Source: Cyanophora paradoxa CCMP329
Lineage: Eukaryota > Plantae > Glaucophyta
Assembly: GCA_004431415.1 (NCBI GenBank)
Contig: QPMI01000639.1
Location: forward strand, 1 to 35,499
DNA length: 35,499 nt
Reading direction: 5' to 3'
The notes below the pieces were generated by a model. The model had not been told where the DNA came from and searched no databases. It saw only the letters and a list, made by a program, of their open reading frames with translations. Below, piece after piece: positions 20,410 to 31,861 of the stretch; positions within the stretch are counted from its first letter, which is position 1; every line of letters begins with the position of its first letter. The position numbers and the translations under genes were made by a program.

Positions 20410-22569
20410 ATGTCGCTGGCCGAGGAAGCGATGGAGCGGGCGGCGAGGCTTGCGCGAGCCTTCCCGCGCCAGGCGCTCGCGAAGATTAGCGGCAACGACT
20501 TCAGCCTGCTCCACGACGTCGAGCTGCTCTGCCCCGCTGGTGAGGACGCCCGATAACCTTCGCTCTGTGCGCCGCGGGTGCACGGAGAGCTCAAGGCGCC
20601 CGCGCAGGGGCTGATGGGGGCGGGGCGGCGATCCGCGGCGTCCGCACCGCGACGGGCGAGGCCGTCTGCGTGAAGGAGCTGCTGCTGGCCGAACGTGCGC
20701 GTCTCCGACGCAAGAAAGTCGCGCGCGAGGGTCCGACGCGGCGGCCGCAGGGAACGGCGACCTCTTCGCGCTGGAGTTCGAGCGGCTGCTCGAGGACCTG
20801 CAGGCCGCCAAGCGCCTCCCGCCGCACCCGTGCGCCCCGAGCTCGAGGAGGCGCGCACCGCCGCCCCCGTCGCTGCGGGCTCACGGGGGCGGGCAGGAAC
20901 GTGGCGGGGGTGCGGGAGTTCGCGGCGGTGGCGGACCCGGCGGACGCGCTGGGGCAGAGCGTCTCCTTCTACGTCCTCTCCGACTTCTCCGAGGGCGCCC
21001 GCACCCTCGCCGACGCCCCGGGCGCCGCCCGCGAGGACTCCGCCTGGGCCGCCCTCCTCCAGGTGCCCCCCCGCCCCGCCCCGCCCCGCCCGCCTCACAA
21101 GCACGCGATTCGATCCGACGGGGGGCGGCGTCAGGTGCTGGACGCGCTGCAGCACCTGCACGCGCACCGCGTCGTCCACCGGAACCTGCGCCCCTGCAAC
21201 GTCCTCGCCCTCCGCCCGCCGGCCGCCGCCGGCGCCCACACGCCGGCCTCCCCGGGGCGCGCCCTCGCCACCGGCGCCCCCACCGTCCTCAAGCTCGCCG
21301 ACTGGCACTCCGCGCCCCGCGTGCGCCCCGGCCCCACCTCCCGCGCGGCGGCCGGGGCGCGCCTCACAGGCCGCGCAGTACTGCTCGACGCCGGCGGCCG
21401 AGCGTGAGGCCTACCGCCCGCCCGAGGTCCGCGCGGGGCGGCCGCACAGCGTCCCCGGCGACCTCTGGTGCGCCGGCGCCGTCGTCCGCTCCCTCTGCGC
21501 CCTCGGCGACGACGGGTGCGCCCGCGCCCCCCTCCCGCGCTTCCCGTGCCTTTCTGAGGCGGCGGGGCAGGGAGTTGGCGCCGTACTACAGCTCGGCGCT
21601 GCGGGGCGTCCTCTCGGCGCTCCTGCAGGAGGACCCGGCCCGCCGACCCCGCTCCGCCCTCGAGGCGCGCCCGCACCCCCGCCTCGGGACCCCCGCCCCA
21701 ATCGAGCCGTACCCCCGCAGGCGCTCGAGATGATCCCGGCAATCCCGGCCCCGGCGCCGGCGCCCTCGCCGAAGCCGGCGGCGCCCGCCCCGCCGCGGCT
21801 CGTCCTCACCTCCCCCAACGAGACCTCCCGCCGGTGCGCGCCCCGCAGGACCCCGCGCCCCTCGCCGTGCGCCCGGCCCGGCCCGACGCGCGCCCGCCCC
21901 GCAGCTCCCTGAGCGCCATCTCCGAGGGCTCGGAGGCCGCCGGCGAGTTCGAGGAGTGCCGCGCCGGCCCCGCCGCGAAGCCCGCCCCCGCCCCCCAGCG
22001 CGCCCCGCCCGCCCCGCCCGTGCCGCCCGCCCCGCCTGCACAGCCCGTCCGCGCCGCTCCGGCTGCCCGCCCGGCGCCGGCCGCCCCCCCGCGCCTGCCG
22101 CCCGCGCCGTACCCGTGAGCCCCCCGCGCCGGCCGTCCGCGTCGCGCCGGCGGCCCCTCCCGCTCCTGCGGCCCGGCCCGCGCCGGCGGCGCCTTCTCCG
22201 CCGGCACCGCAGCCGGCGCCGGGGGCGCCCAGGCCCTTCTCCCCTTCTGCGACGGCTGCGCGCCCCGCAGCGGCCCCGAACCCGGTCCCGGCTGCCTCGC
22301 CCCGGCCGCCCCCGCCGCCCTCGCCGGCCGCCTACGGGCCCCCGCCGCCGTCGCCTTCGGCCGCCTTCTCGCGGCCTCCCCCCGCCCTCGCCGGCCGCAG
22401 TCGGGCCGCCGCCGCCCTCGCCGACTGCCGTCGCGCCGGCGCCGCCGCCGCCGGCGAGCGCGGCGCGGGTCACGCTGAAGAGCGCGGCGCTCCTCGTCCG
22501 GGCCGTCGCCGTCCCCGTCGCCGCCTTCGCCCGCCGCCGCTCCCTCGCCCCCGGCGAGCCCCTCGCCCC

Positions 22570-22602
<33 letters not shown>

Positions 22603-23081
22603 TGAGGCGGAGCCGGCGGCGTACGCGTGGGCGCCGCTCTCGGCGCGGGGCCCGGGCCGGCCCGCCCGGCGCTCTTCTCGCCCACGCGCCTCTCGGAGGC
22701 CCCCGCGGAGCTCTCCGTCCGCCCCGCGAGCCCCTTCACCCCCGTGGCGCCTCCCCCGCCCCCGCCGGCCCCAGCCCGCCCCGAGCCCCGCCCCGCCCTC
22801 GCCGCCGCGCGCCCCACGCGGGCCGTCAGCGCCCCGCGCGCTCGCCCGCGCCGGCGCCGGCGCCGGCGCCGGCCCCGAGGGCGGGGCGGCTGCAGGGGAA
22901 GGCGCCGCCGGCGCTGGAGATCCGGTCGCCGGCGCGGGCGGCGGTGACGGCGGCGGCGCGGGCGTTCGAGGAGAAGGCGCGGGCGCTGGCCCCCGCGGAG
23001 GCCGGCGCGGAGACGGGGCCCCGCGCGGGCACCGTCGCCGCCCTCCTCGCCCGCTGGGAGCGCCGCGCCGACGGCGCCTGA
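20410..23081 (+). CDS. Multi-exon protein kinase-fold protein, probable pseudokinase, with Pro-rich tail
   Basis: Spliced reading gives TGEAVCVKEL, LPPHPNVAGV, VLDALQHLHAHRVVHRNLRPCNVL, LKLADWH and YRPPEVRAGRPHSVPGDLWCAG. Ends GTVAALLARWERRADGA-TGA at 23079-23081. Confidence 0.78.
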
Positions 23082-23331
23082 GAGCGCGCCCTCTTCCTCG
23101 AGATCTTCTCCAGCCCGCCCTGCTTAGAAGCTTGTTCCACGGGCCCGCCCCCGAGGGCCCCTCCAGCCGTACCGCTCAGATTCTAGGACAGTTACGCCGC
23201 GCCAGCATGCATATGATTTCGCTGTACTTTACGGTCGACCCCACCGGGGGTCGAGGAACTGCACTGAAAACAAGAAATGCAAAGCAGCGAAAGCTCGAAA
23301 GCGCTGTACAAGCACGGGGCGGGGCGGGGCG

Positions 23332-24374
23332 CTAGGGTGCGGAGCGGCAGACAGGGCAGATGCCGGAGACGGCGAGCCAGCGCCGGAGGCAGGGCGCATG
23401 GTACGCGTGCCCGCACGGCAGCTCCAGCGCGGGCCCCGCAGGCCGGCCGGCCGCCCCCTCCCCAACTGCAACCTCCTCCCGGCAGATCGCGCATGGGATC
23501 GCCTGCGGCGGCGCGGCGCCCGCGCGGGGCCGCCACCGGGCCTCCCGCCGGGCGATTTGATCCGGGGACAAGCCCGCCGTCGCCGGGCGCGGCTCTGCGG
23601 GGGGCGCGGCTCAGGCGGGAGGGGCGGGGCGGGGCCGGGGCGGGGCGGGGCCGCGCCTTCCTCCAGCCCGCCGTCGGGCCCCTCGTCCAGGTCCCGCGAG
23701 CCGTCCAGGGCCACGATGCGCAGCCGCGCCGCCCCCGCCCCGACTGCGAGGGCGAGGCCTCAGGGCGAGCGGGGCGGGGGTCGGAGCAGGGCGCACAGGG
23801 GCGGGCGCGGGCGAGGGCGGCCTGGATCGCCTCCGCCATCTCCGCGCCGCTCTCGAAGACGAGCCGCCGACGCGCCCGCGGCGAGAAGAGCGGCCCCGCC
23901 TGCCCCTCCCCGCCCAGCAGCGCCGGCCCCACCACCAGCCTGCGAGGGGCGCCGCGGCCAGTCCCGTCAGCGTCGGCGCGCTGCGATGCGGCCTGAGCGC
24001 CCCGCGGACCCGCGGCGGAGGCCATCCTCGAGCTGACAGGCGTCCAGAGCCTCGATCTCCTCCAGCGAGCGGACCAGGAGCCGGGAGCATGCACGCGGCG
24101 CCGGGGCGGGCGGGACGCGCGGCGGCCTGCCGAAGACCTCGTCCCGCAGGGAACGCCGCATCCGCGGGGCCACGCGCGGGAGAGTCGCTGGATCTGACGC
24201 CGAGGCGCGCTCCCTCCTTGGCGTGGGCGGAGTGCTGGGCGTGGGCGGGACGGGCCATGACCGCTGACGTGGGGAGCTCGGGGTGCGCGGCGGCGTAGGC
24301 AGCAGGGGACCGGTCCCGCGCCGCATGTCAGGGAGCTCGGCGCTCTCTACTGAGCTCGACGCTGACGGTGCCAT
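23332..24374 (-). CDS. Multi-exon RING-H2 zinc-finger protein (putative E3 ubiquitin ligase)
   Basis: The last exon encodes CAIC...LPCGHAYHAPCLRRWLAVSGICPVCR (C3H2C3). Upstream exons are joined by short GC-rich introns. Start at 24374 or 24328 is uncertain. Confidence 0.75.
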
Positions 24375-24618
24375 CGAGCGGGCTAGCGAACGCGCCCCCT
24401 GGCTCACGCCAGGCGCGCCCCGCCGGCGAACCCGTCGATCCTACGCCGTGCTTCTCAGGCCGCCATGCAGATTCTTGCTGAGTTCTTTTGGGGAAGGTGT
24501 TCGGATTGCCGCGAACGAAGGGAGCTCCAGTACCCGTATCCGAGGCAACTAACTCCAAACTACCTTATACCCGCATTAGTCGTTTCGGCGCGCATCCGTT
24601 TTTGAAGTCGTTCCGAGC

Positions 24619-27600
24619 ATGGAGGCCGAGCCGGGGGATCCCGCTAGCGTAACAACTCCGTCCATAGTCTTCTTCAGCAGCGGAGGTGGGCCAATCCCAT
24701 GTTCGTTGCCATCGCTGTTTGCAGGCGGCGCCAGGGCGCTAGCGCAGCAACTTCCCGAAGGCCGGGCCGGCCAGAACATCGTTAGGATGGTAGCGAAGGA
24801 CTTCAAGAACGGCGGCGCCGTTGTGGACAGTCGTAGCGTCGTCCTGCAGCCCAACCAGTACATCGCGTGGGACCAGCTAGCGACTGATGCGGAAGGCATC
24901 CGATACGAGCTCATCTTCAGCCCGCCACAAGGTAATACAGTAATATGGTCGAGAAACTTGCTGACAGGGCTCGAGCGCAGCGGGCAACGGAGATCAAGAT
25001 GGCGCCTCGCCTGCCTCCCAGGCTGGAAGCGCAGCAGGGGCCGGCTACGGTACTCACCGCGTACGCAACATTGCTATCTTTGTGCTTGACTGCTCTCCCT
25101 TCGCAGCCGCGGCTTACGGTGCCGGCCCGATGCCCCAACACTAGTACTGCGAACTACGCCAGTCCGCATCATACCAACTTTCCACCGGGTGCGGACCATC
25201 ACCCTGTTGATGTGCGTTGTCTCATAGCATCGCCCGTGCGAAGGGTTTCCGGTCGTGGCTGGCCAAGGGGGGTACCCGTCGTTTTGGCAGACCACAACTG
25301 CTTACGACTATCAGCAGCGCGCCAACGCGGCCTTTTGCAGCTATCCTCAAGGTGCGCTTAAACATCCTGCTGAGCTAGTCGCGTCCCGCCCGCTTCTGAT
25401 CGCGCAACGCGCGTCGGCGCCGCTTCCAGGCGCTCCGAGCGAGAGGTTCCGAAGCAGTGCGTTGAAGCTTGCGCGTCTGTTTCTTGATGATCTGATCGCC
25501 AGCCGCAGACCCTGGCGGCTGCGATCCATTCGCTGCAGCTGCGCGCGCCGGCGGCGCTTCTAGCGCAGATCATGAGCGAGCCCGGGCTGGCGGGGCCATC
25601 GCCGCGGCGGCGCCGCCCGGCGGCGCCGCCGCGGGCCCCAACAGCGCGTTTCCGGGCGGTGCCGGCGGCGGCGCCAGCAGCGCGCTTCCGGGCGGCGGAA
25701 CGCTTCCACACTTTGGCCAGGGACATCCTGGTCCCAATGCCTATGGCCTCTTCGGCGCGCCCACTCCGGGGGCGGCCGCCGCCGGGCCGCCGTTCCCTGG
25801 GGCGGCGCCGATGACTGGCCCGTTCTCTGGATCCGGGCTCCCCTTCTCGACTGGTGCGGAAGCCCGCCGTTGCGCCTCTATATATGCAGCTAGTTGACCG
25901 GCCTTCGCAGGCGCAGCACCGTCCTGGATTGATCCGTTCAGCAACGAGGCCGCGGCGGAGGCTTGCAAGCAGGTCAACGACAAGCGCAAGAAGAGCGACA
26001 AGGAGAAGACGTCCAGAATCTTCGTGTGCGACTCCTCGCTAAAGTCCCAGTACCTGGGCGATCACACCTGTGCGTTTGCCATTTCGATGCGCGTCTAAAA
26101 GTCCGCATCCTCACATGCTTGCAGTCAAGGAGGGCGTAGACGACGGGCTCTCCCCTTCCATGTACGCCACCAAGCACTTCGGACCGCTTCTGCGCAAGAA
26201 GATCGAGAAGAGCAAGCGCAACGTCGTTTTCGGCTCGACGGGCCTCCCCGCTTCATGGGACGGCATGCTCAAAGTCGGCTGTGCAGAGAACTGTGCGGAG
26301 CTTATTCAATTTTCAATCATTAATCGCTAACCTTCGGCGCAGCTCGTGGAGCGAAGATCGTCGAGGGAGCCAGAGGCGAAGAGCTCTTGGAGCTGAAGGC
26401 GATCGAGTTTTTCGACGAAAATCCACCAGTTCAGTCATTTTTTGTTGCCTCTCGGTAACTGCATCTTCTCAACAACGTTGTTTTCCGCAGAACCCCCCGG
26501 GCGGCCTCGTGAGGCAGTGCCTCGACAGGGACCTGGGGGTCAAGAGCTATCAGAATTCCAAGAAGATCAACGTCATCATTTTCTCGAACGAGGCTGTAGC
26601 CAAGGCGCTCGATGAGGTGAGCTGCTCGAGCCCTGAGCGCGCGTGACTCGGCGAGCGGCTGTGACTGGGCTGGCGCAGTCGCTCAACCAGGAGTGCCACC
26701 CCATCTCCCTCGACTTTGGGGAGCCCAAGAAGCCCGTCGTCCAGCACACGCTCTTCATTCAGATCAAAGGCACCACGTACGTTAAGTTCTGACGTTGGCG
26801 CCTCGTCGATCTTTATTGACCTTACACCAGGTTGATCCACACCGTTCACCTGCAAGACCTGCAGAAAACGGAGCCGGGGCGCCCTCTCCTGGATCTCCTC
26901 AATAGTGTGCACATTTTTCCTCTCAAGCCCGTCAACCTTTATTTTTTTCTTGCTGGGAAATTTATTTCGTCCTGCAGAGGAGATCAAGACTTTTCTTCAA
27001 GGCTTGAGTGACGAGGCAGATCCGGAGTCGCAGGTGCAGATCGTCCGTCTGCACCTTTCAGATGGCAAGGCTCGCGGCCGGAGCCGCAAGGGCAAGTCAG
27101 GGACCCTCGACAGGCCCTACACTGCCGCTGAGCAGCTCCACTCCCAGAACTGTCGTATCGAAGGTGTGCTTTGCCTTTCAAATTAATTCAAATTAATTTA
27201 ATGCGAAGGTGTCTGAATAAATCCGGTTGCAGCACTCACGGAACATGGCTGCCTCGTGCGCGAGGTAGTTCTCACGGTGGCCAAGGCCAAAAAGACCAAG
27301 GATGCCAAGCAAGCTACGATGAAGCCTCTTCTGGTGGAGCTGGCCCGCAACCCGCTCGAGGTATACCGCTTTTTTATCGCCTTTTCGCTTTCTGTAATTA
27401 ACCTGAAAATTAACTGCTTGCTCAGACGGAGGCGAACGAAGCTGACTGTTCCGTGGTCAAGCCTGACGTCGACGTGAGCTGTGACGGCCACGCTGCCGTT
27501 CTCCACGCCCTCCTCAAGACCACAGACGACGAGGCGGTCAAGTCGTCCATCTTCATGATGGCACATACCTTCCAACCGCCCTTGACGGTCTGCACCCCTG

Positions 27601-28217
27601 CTCTCTCCCTCTCTCGCCCCCCCCCCCTCCCCCCCCTCCCCCCCTTCCCCCCCCCCCCCCACACACACACACACCCACCCCAACCTCCACCCCACCGCCC
27701 CCCCCCCCCCCCCCCCCCCCCCGCCCCCGCGCCCCCACCCCCACCCCCCACCCCAACGCCCCCCCACCCCCTCCCACCCCCACCCCAACGCCCCCCCCCC
27801 CACCCCCCTCCCTTTCTGAGAAGAGGGTATTCTGCAGCTCAGCATCTCGAAGCCGGAGTTGCTTCCTGTGGAAATCCGCAACTGTCTTCTGAGTGGCGAG
27901 CAGATCGAAGCTCTTCGCAAAAAGTACAGGAGCAAGCTGAAGCGCAAGAAGCAGAATGACGACGAAGGTTAGCTTCTTTCCTCGAACTTGCTTTCCAATT
28001 TTCTTCTGATAAACCAGTTGCAGCAACCGCGGAGGAGGTCGTCGAACTCGATGGGAGCGAGGACGAGCGCGAGCAGGAGACGGAGAGCACGTGCAGCGCG
28101 AGCTCTCCGGCGCCCGTCCCCCGCCTGCGCCCCGCGGCCGTGGTCCCCCCCACACTCGCCTCCACCCGCGCGCGGCGGGGCAATGCCGGCATGCGCAAGG
28201 GCGACGACTCGCCTTAA
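24619..28217 (+). CDS. Orphan multi-exon gene of unknown function, possibly disrupted
   Basis: Protein-like exons separated by short GT-AG introns, e.g. NIVRMVAKDFKNGGAVVDSRSVVLQPNQYIAWDQ; FKEGVDDGLSPSMYATKHFGPLLRKK; NPPGGLVRQCLDRDLGVKSYQNSKKINVIIFSNEAVAKALDE; EVVLTVAKAKK..LARNPLE; HAAVLHALLK; ending RKGDDSP-TAA. Apparent in-frame TAG near 25142 and phase conflicts at some junctions. Confidence 0.5.
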
Positions 28218-28658
28218 TCTGACTTAGTACCATATGCATGTTCTTCGCGCAATTTTATATCATGATCATGATCATGAATGACGTGTATAATTGCGAGGCA
28301 TGGCGTAGCTGCAGCTGGCCGCGGGCGGGGCACCGGCATGGTGGCCGCCGGGCGCCCTGGCGAAGTACGCCTAGGTGCCCTCCGGTTATCACGGCGTACC
28401 GCCGCGGCGGTCGGGCCGCGGACCTTGCTCAGGCCCAGACGGAAGGTAATTAATATAAACCCGCACAAGCACCGGGTTTTCACTCAAGCGTAACGGGTCG
28501 GGCCCGCGCGCACGGGGGGGAAGCCTGCGGCTCGAGCTTGCCCGGCTGCTCATGATCAAAGACGCAGTACTCCCAGCGATCGCGACTTCCCGCTTTTAAT
28601 TTGGATCAAGATGTACGTGGTCTAAATACTTCATTTGTAATCAAATACCAAGCTTCGC

Positions 28659-28783
28659 CGAACGTTCCGGACGATGAGCAGCGCTGATCGATGTTGAAGT
28701 AGAATTGATGATGAACTTAGGAAAGTAAGGTCTAATGCTTTGGTCTGAAGACTCATGATAACGTGGATCGTCCGGAACGTTCG
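28659..28783. repeat. Perfect 17-bp inverted repeat enclosing a 91-nt AT-rich segment
   Basis: CGAACGTTCCGGACGAT (28659-28675) and ATCGTCCGGAACGTTCG (28767-28783). Confidence 0.85.
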
Positions 28784-29425
28784 CGCTCGCCGCGAAAATC
28801 GGTGCACACACTCTTAAGATATCATTCTTTAAGAATCTCACTCATTATATCGAAATGAAGCTCTGCTGGCTCGCTCTGTGTCGCGATCGATCGGCGTGAC
28901 CATCAACCAAGGGGCCCCGGCGAAGGCGCGGGACCCAGGCGCGCGGCACAGGCTCTGCTGGGGCCGAGAAAGCGACAAACGAAAGCTATTTGAGTGCTTC
29001 ACATGCTATACAAGGCAGCAGGCGCCGGTCGGGCCGGGCCGGCAGGGGTGGGGCCCCTCAAACGCCCGTCCCCCTAGGCCTGCCACCCGCCCCCCCTGCC
29101 ACCCCTGCGCCGGCGCCCCGCGAGCCGACGGCTGCCCGCGCGGCCCCGGCTCGATAAACTGAATCCCAGGGAGGATGGATGCAGGCGCGGGGCCCGCCCT
29201 GGGGAGGACGGGCGTGGTTCCGCGGGCCCATCATTCTCAGATGCCCCCCTCACTCCCTGGAGGCGAAAGGAGAGGGATAGGGGAAGTGTTTTACCCTTCC
29301 CCAATAAATTATGTATAAAAATGTGTCTATACAAAACGAAGAATCGATGCTCATTTCAACACAACGCCCACAACGCCCGCGGCCGCGGCCTAGCCTCAAT
29401 ATTAATTTGCAAGCGGCTCCCCTTG

Positions 29426-29698
29426 AGGAACCGCGGTGGCTCCTTCAGAAACCGCGGCGGCTCCTGTGAGAACCGCGGCGGCTCCCTCAGAAACCGCGGC
29501 GGCTCCCTCAGGAACCGCGGCGGCTCCCACAGGAACCGCGGCGGCTCCCTAAGGAACCGCGGCGGTTTCCTAAGGAACCGCGGCGGCTCCCTCAGGAACC
29601 GCGGCGGCTCCCTCAGGAACCGCGGCGGCTCCCTAAGGAACCGCGGCGGCTCCCTAAGGAACCGCGGCGGTTCCCTCAGGAACCGCGGCGGTTCCTTG
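29426..29698. repeat. Tandem array of 13 x 21 bp, consensus AGGAACCGCGGCGGCTCCCTC
   Basis: Directly visible; translates as 13 x RNRGGSL-like units in ORF 29321-30034. Confidence 0.95.
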
Positions 29699-30554
29699 CA
29701 ATCGAGGAACTGGCGGGTACCCCCTGATTTTGAGCGAGTAGAAAACTCAGCCAGCTCTGGGGTCGGAAGCATTGTAGGCAGTGGGGCGCAAGTGTACTCC
29801 GCCCCTGCGGCGAATATGGAGATCCCGAAGGTACTGCAGCTGAGTGTTGTGCCGCGTCAACTCCGGTGTTGCGGGCTCTCACGTCGCGGGCAGTGCTCCG
29901 GCCACGAGCGCTGCTGCGTCGAATGCGAATTAGGCGACCTGCACAGGGAAGTTCGAGCGAGTCCGATGCATCGCGCCGCCAGTTCAGAACAGCAAGGCGG
30001 AGACGCAAAACAACGCCTTAAACGCCTTAAGTAGCACCGTAAGCGCTGACATCATTACGCCGCGCAAGTCCTGCGCCCCGCCCGCGCCCTGGCCCATGCC
30101 GCGGCCGCCGACCCTGCGTCGCGGCCCCACCCGCCGCGCCGCAGTAGCCAGCGGCCGACGCAGCCGCCGGCACCCTGCCCCCGGGCGGTGGCGGCGTTCG
30201 CGTGCGTGCGCGGCGGAGGAGGGCCGGCACCGTCTTCCTCGAGCCGGCCAGGCGGGGCAGGCGGCTCCCGCGGGGCGTGACGGCGGGGCATGCGGGAGGG
30301 GGCTGGGGCGGCGGGCGCCTCGCCTGCCCCCTCATCTTCCAGGCGCGCTGCCCCCGCCCCACCGCCCCGCCGCGCGGCGGACAGCCTCAATGCCTCAATG
30401 CGGCGGACTGGAGGGCGCCAGCCGGCGAAGCGCCGCCCGCGGCTCTTTGCTCGAGATCCACGTGCGCCTCGCCCCCCGCCCCCGCGCCCCCACGGTCATG
30501 CGTAAATGCATCTCGCTGGCCCCCGCAGCGGCCTCGACGAGAGCCCTCGCCCGT

Positions 30555-31095
30555 CGCCCGCCCCGGAGTCGCCCACGGCTCGCGCGGCGGCCGGTGCCCT
30601 GGCACCGCCCGCGGCCCATGCCGCCGCCCCCACCCCACCCGCTCGCCGCCCCGGAGTCGCCCACGGCTCGCGCGGCGGCCGGCGCCCTGGCACCGCCTGC
30701 GGCCCATGCCGCCGCCCCCACCCCCACCCCGCTCGCCGCCCCGGAGTCGCCCACGGCTCGTGCGGCGGCCGGCGCCCTGGCACCGCCTGCGGCCCATGCC
30801 GCCGCCCCACCCCCACCCCGCTCGCCGCCCCGGAGTCGCCCACGGCTCGTGCGGCGGCCGGCGCCCTGGCACCGCCTGCGGCCCATGCCGCCGCCCCCAC
30901 CCCCACCCCGCTCGCCGCCCCGGAGTCGCCCACGGCTCGTGCGGCGGCCGGCGCCCTGGCACCGCCTGCGGCCCATGCCGCCGCCCCCACCCCACCCCGC
31001 TCGCCGCCCCGGAGTCGCCCACGGCTCGCGCGGCGGCCGGTGCCCTGGCACCGCCCGCGGCCCATGCCGCCGCCCCCACCCCCACCCCGCTCGCA
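30555..31095. repeat. Minisatellite of 6 x ~89-90 bp GC-rich units
   Basis: CCCCGGAGTCGCCCACGGCTCGYGCGGCGGCCGGYGCCCTGGCACCGCCYGCGGCCCATGCCGCCGCCCC... recurs at about 30561, 30649, 30739, 30828, 30918 and 31007. Confidence 0.95.
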
Positions 31096-31861
31096 ATGCT
31101 TTGACGAGAATATGTCATTGCTAGAGGCGGGCATCCACGGGCCACAAGAGCACGGGCAGAGGCGGCCAGGCAGAGCACCGCGAGTACGCGGACACGGGGC
31201 TCGCTCCGGGGTTGTAGGGCAGTCCCCTGCGGACAAATTAAAAGGCGCGCTCGATGAGGCGAGCCGATAGATCCCTCCAAGAGCTTCACTACAACTTGCG
31301 GGGGCGCTAGCTACGGCGCCAGTACGGCGCGAGGGGCGGAGTTGTGGACGCCCAACTGAGCGCGGGGGCGGCGCTTGTCGCGCTCTAGGGCAAGCACGGT
31401 CATTCTCACCGCCTTCGAGTGATACCGGAAGCTTGTCGGAATGATGCTGGAGCGTTGTGAAGGTCTTGGTCCGGATCCTGCCCGCCGCGGTCAGGTTCCC
31501 AAAGTTGCGGCGGACGGCCGCCAGACCACGCTCACGCGTAGCTGGAACAGCATAGTTCGCGTTTAAGTGGCGCTAGATCGCGTCCGCACCGTGGTTTCGC
31601 GACGCGACTTCCGCAGCAGCACAAAAGTCCAAAATGGCCGTGCCCGACCAGCTCAGCCGATTGGCAGACCCCCTTTTATGAGTTGTTTGCTCACAGGACG
31701 CGCCCCACGACGCCTGGAATTTGCTACACAAACTATTCTACCTGGAGTTGAACAACTGCAAACCTAGGTATAGGGGTAGATTGGAGTATCAGTGCCGGAG
31801 TATACCCGCCGGCGGCTTCCAGGCCAAGTTGCACTGAGCCTCGAGCGACATTGGCGACGCC

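Noticed and set aside
8700-24500. Dozens of long overlapping Arg/Pro/Gly/Ala-rich ORFs in the six-frame track
   Set aside because: Expected from stop-codon scarcity at very high GC. The real coding is in short spliced exons that explain the recognisable motifs.
27610-27810. Long poly-C/poly-G tracts (also about 11757-11795, 17808-17855, 34452-34524) as polyproline/polyglycine coding
   Set aside because: They fall in inferred introns or intergenic DNA, and their lengths are unreliable in assemblies.
29426-29698. CRISPR array
   Set aside because: The palindromic units are directly adjacent with no unique spacers, there are no cas genes, and the context is eukaryotic.
29321-30034. 237-aa ORF as a real gene
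   Set aside because: Openness comes from a stop-free 21-bp repeat, the opposite strand is equally open, and the flanking peptide has no recognisable features.
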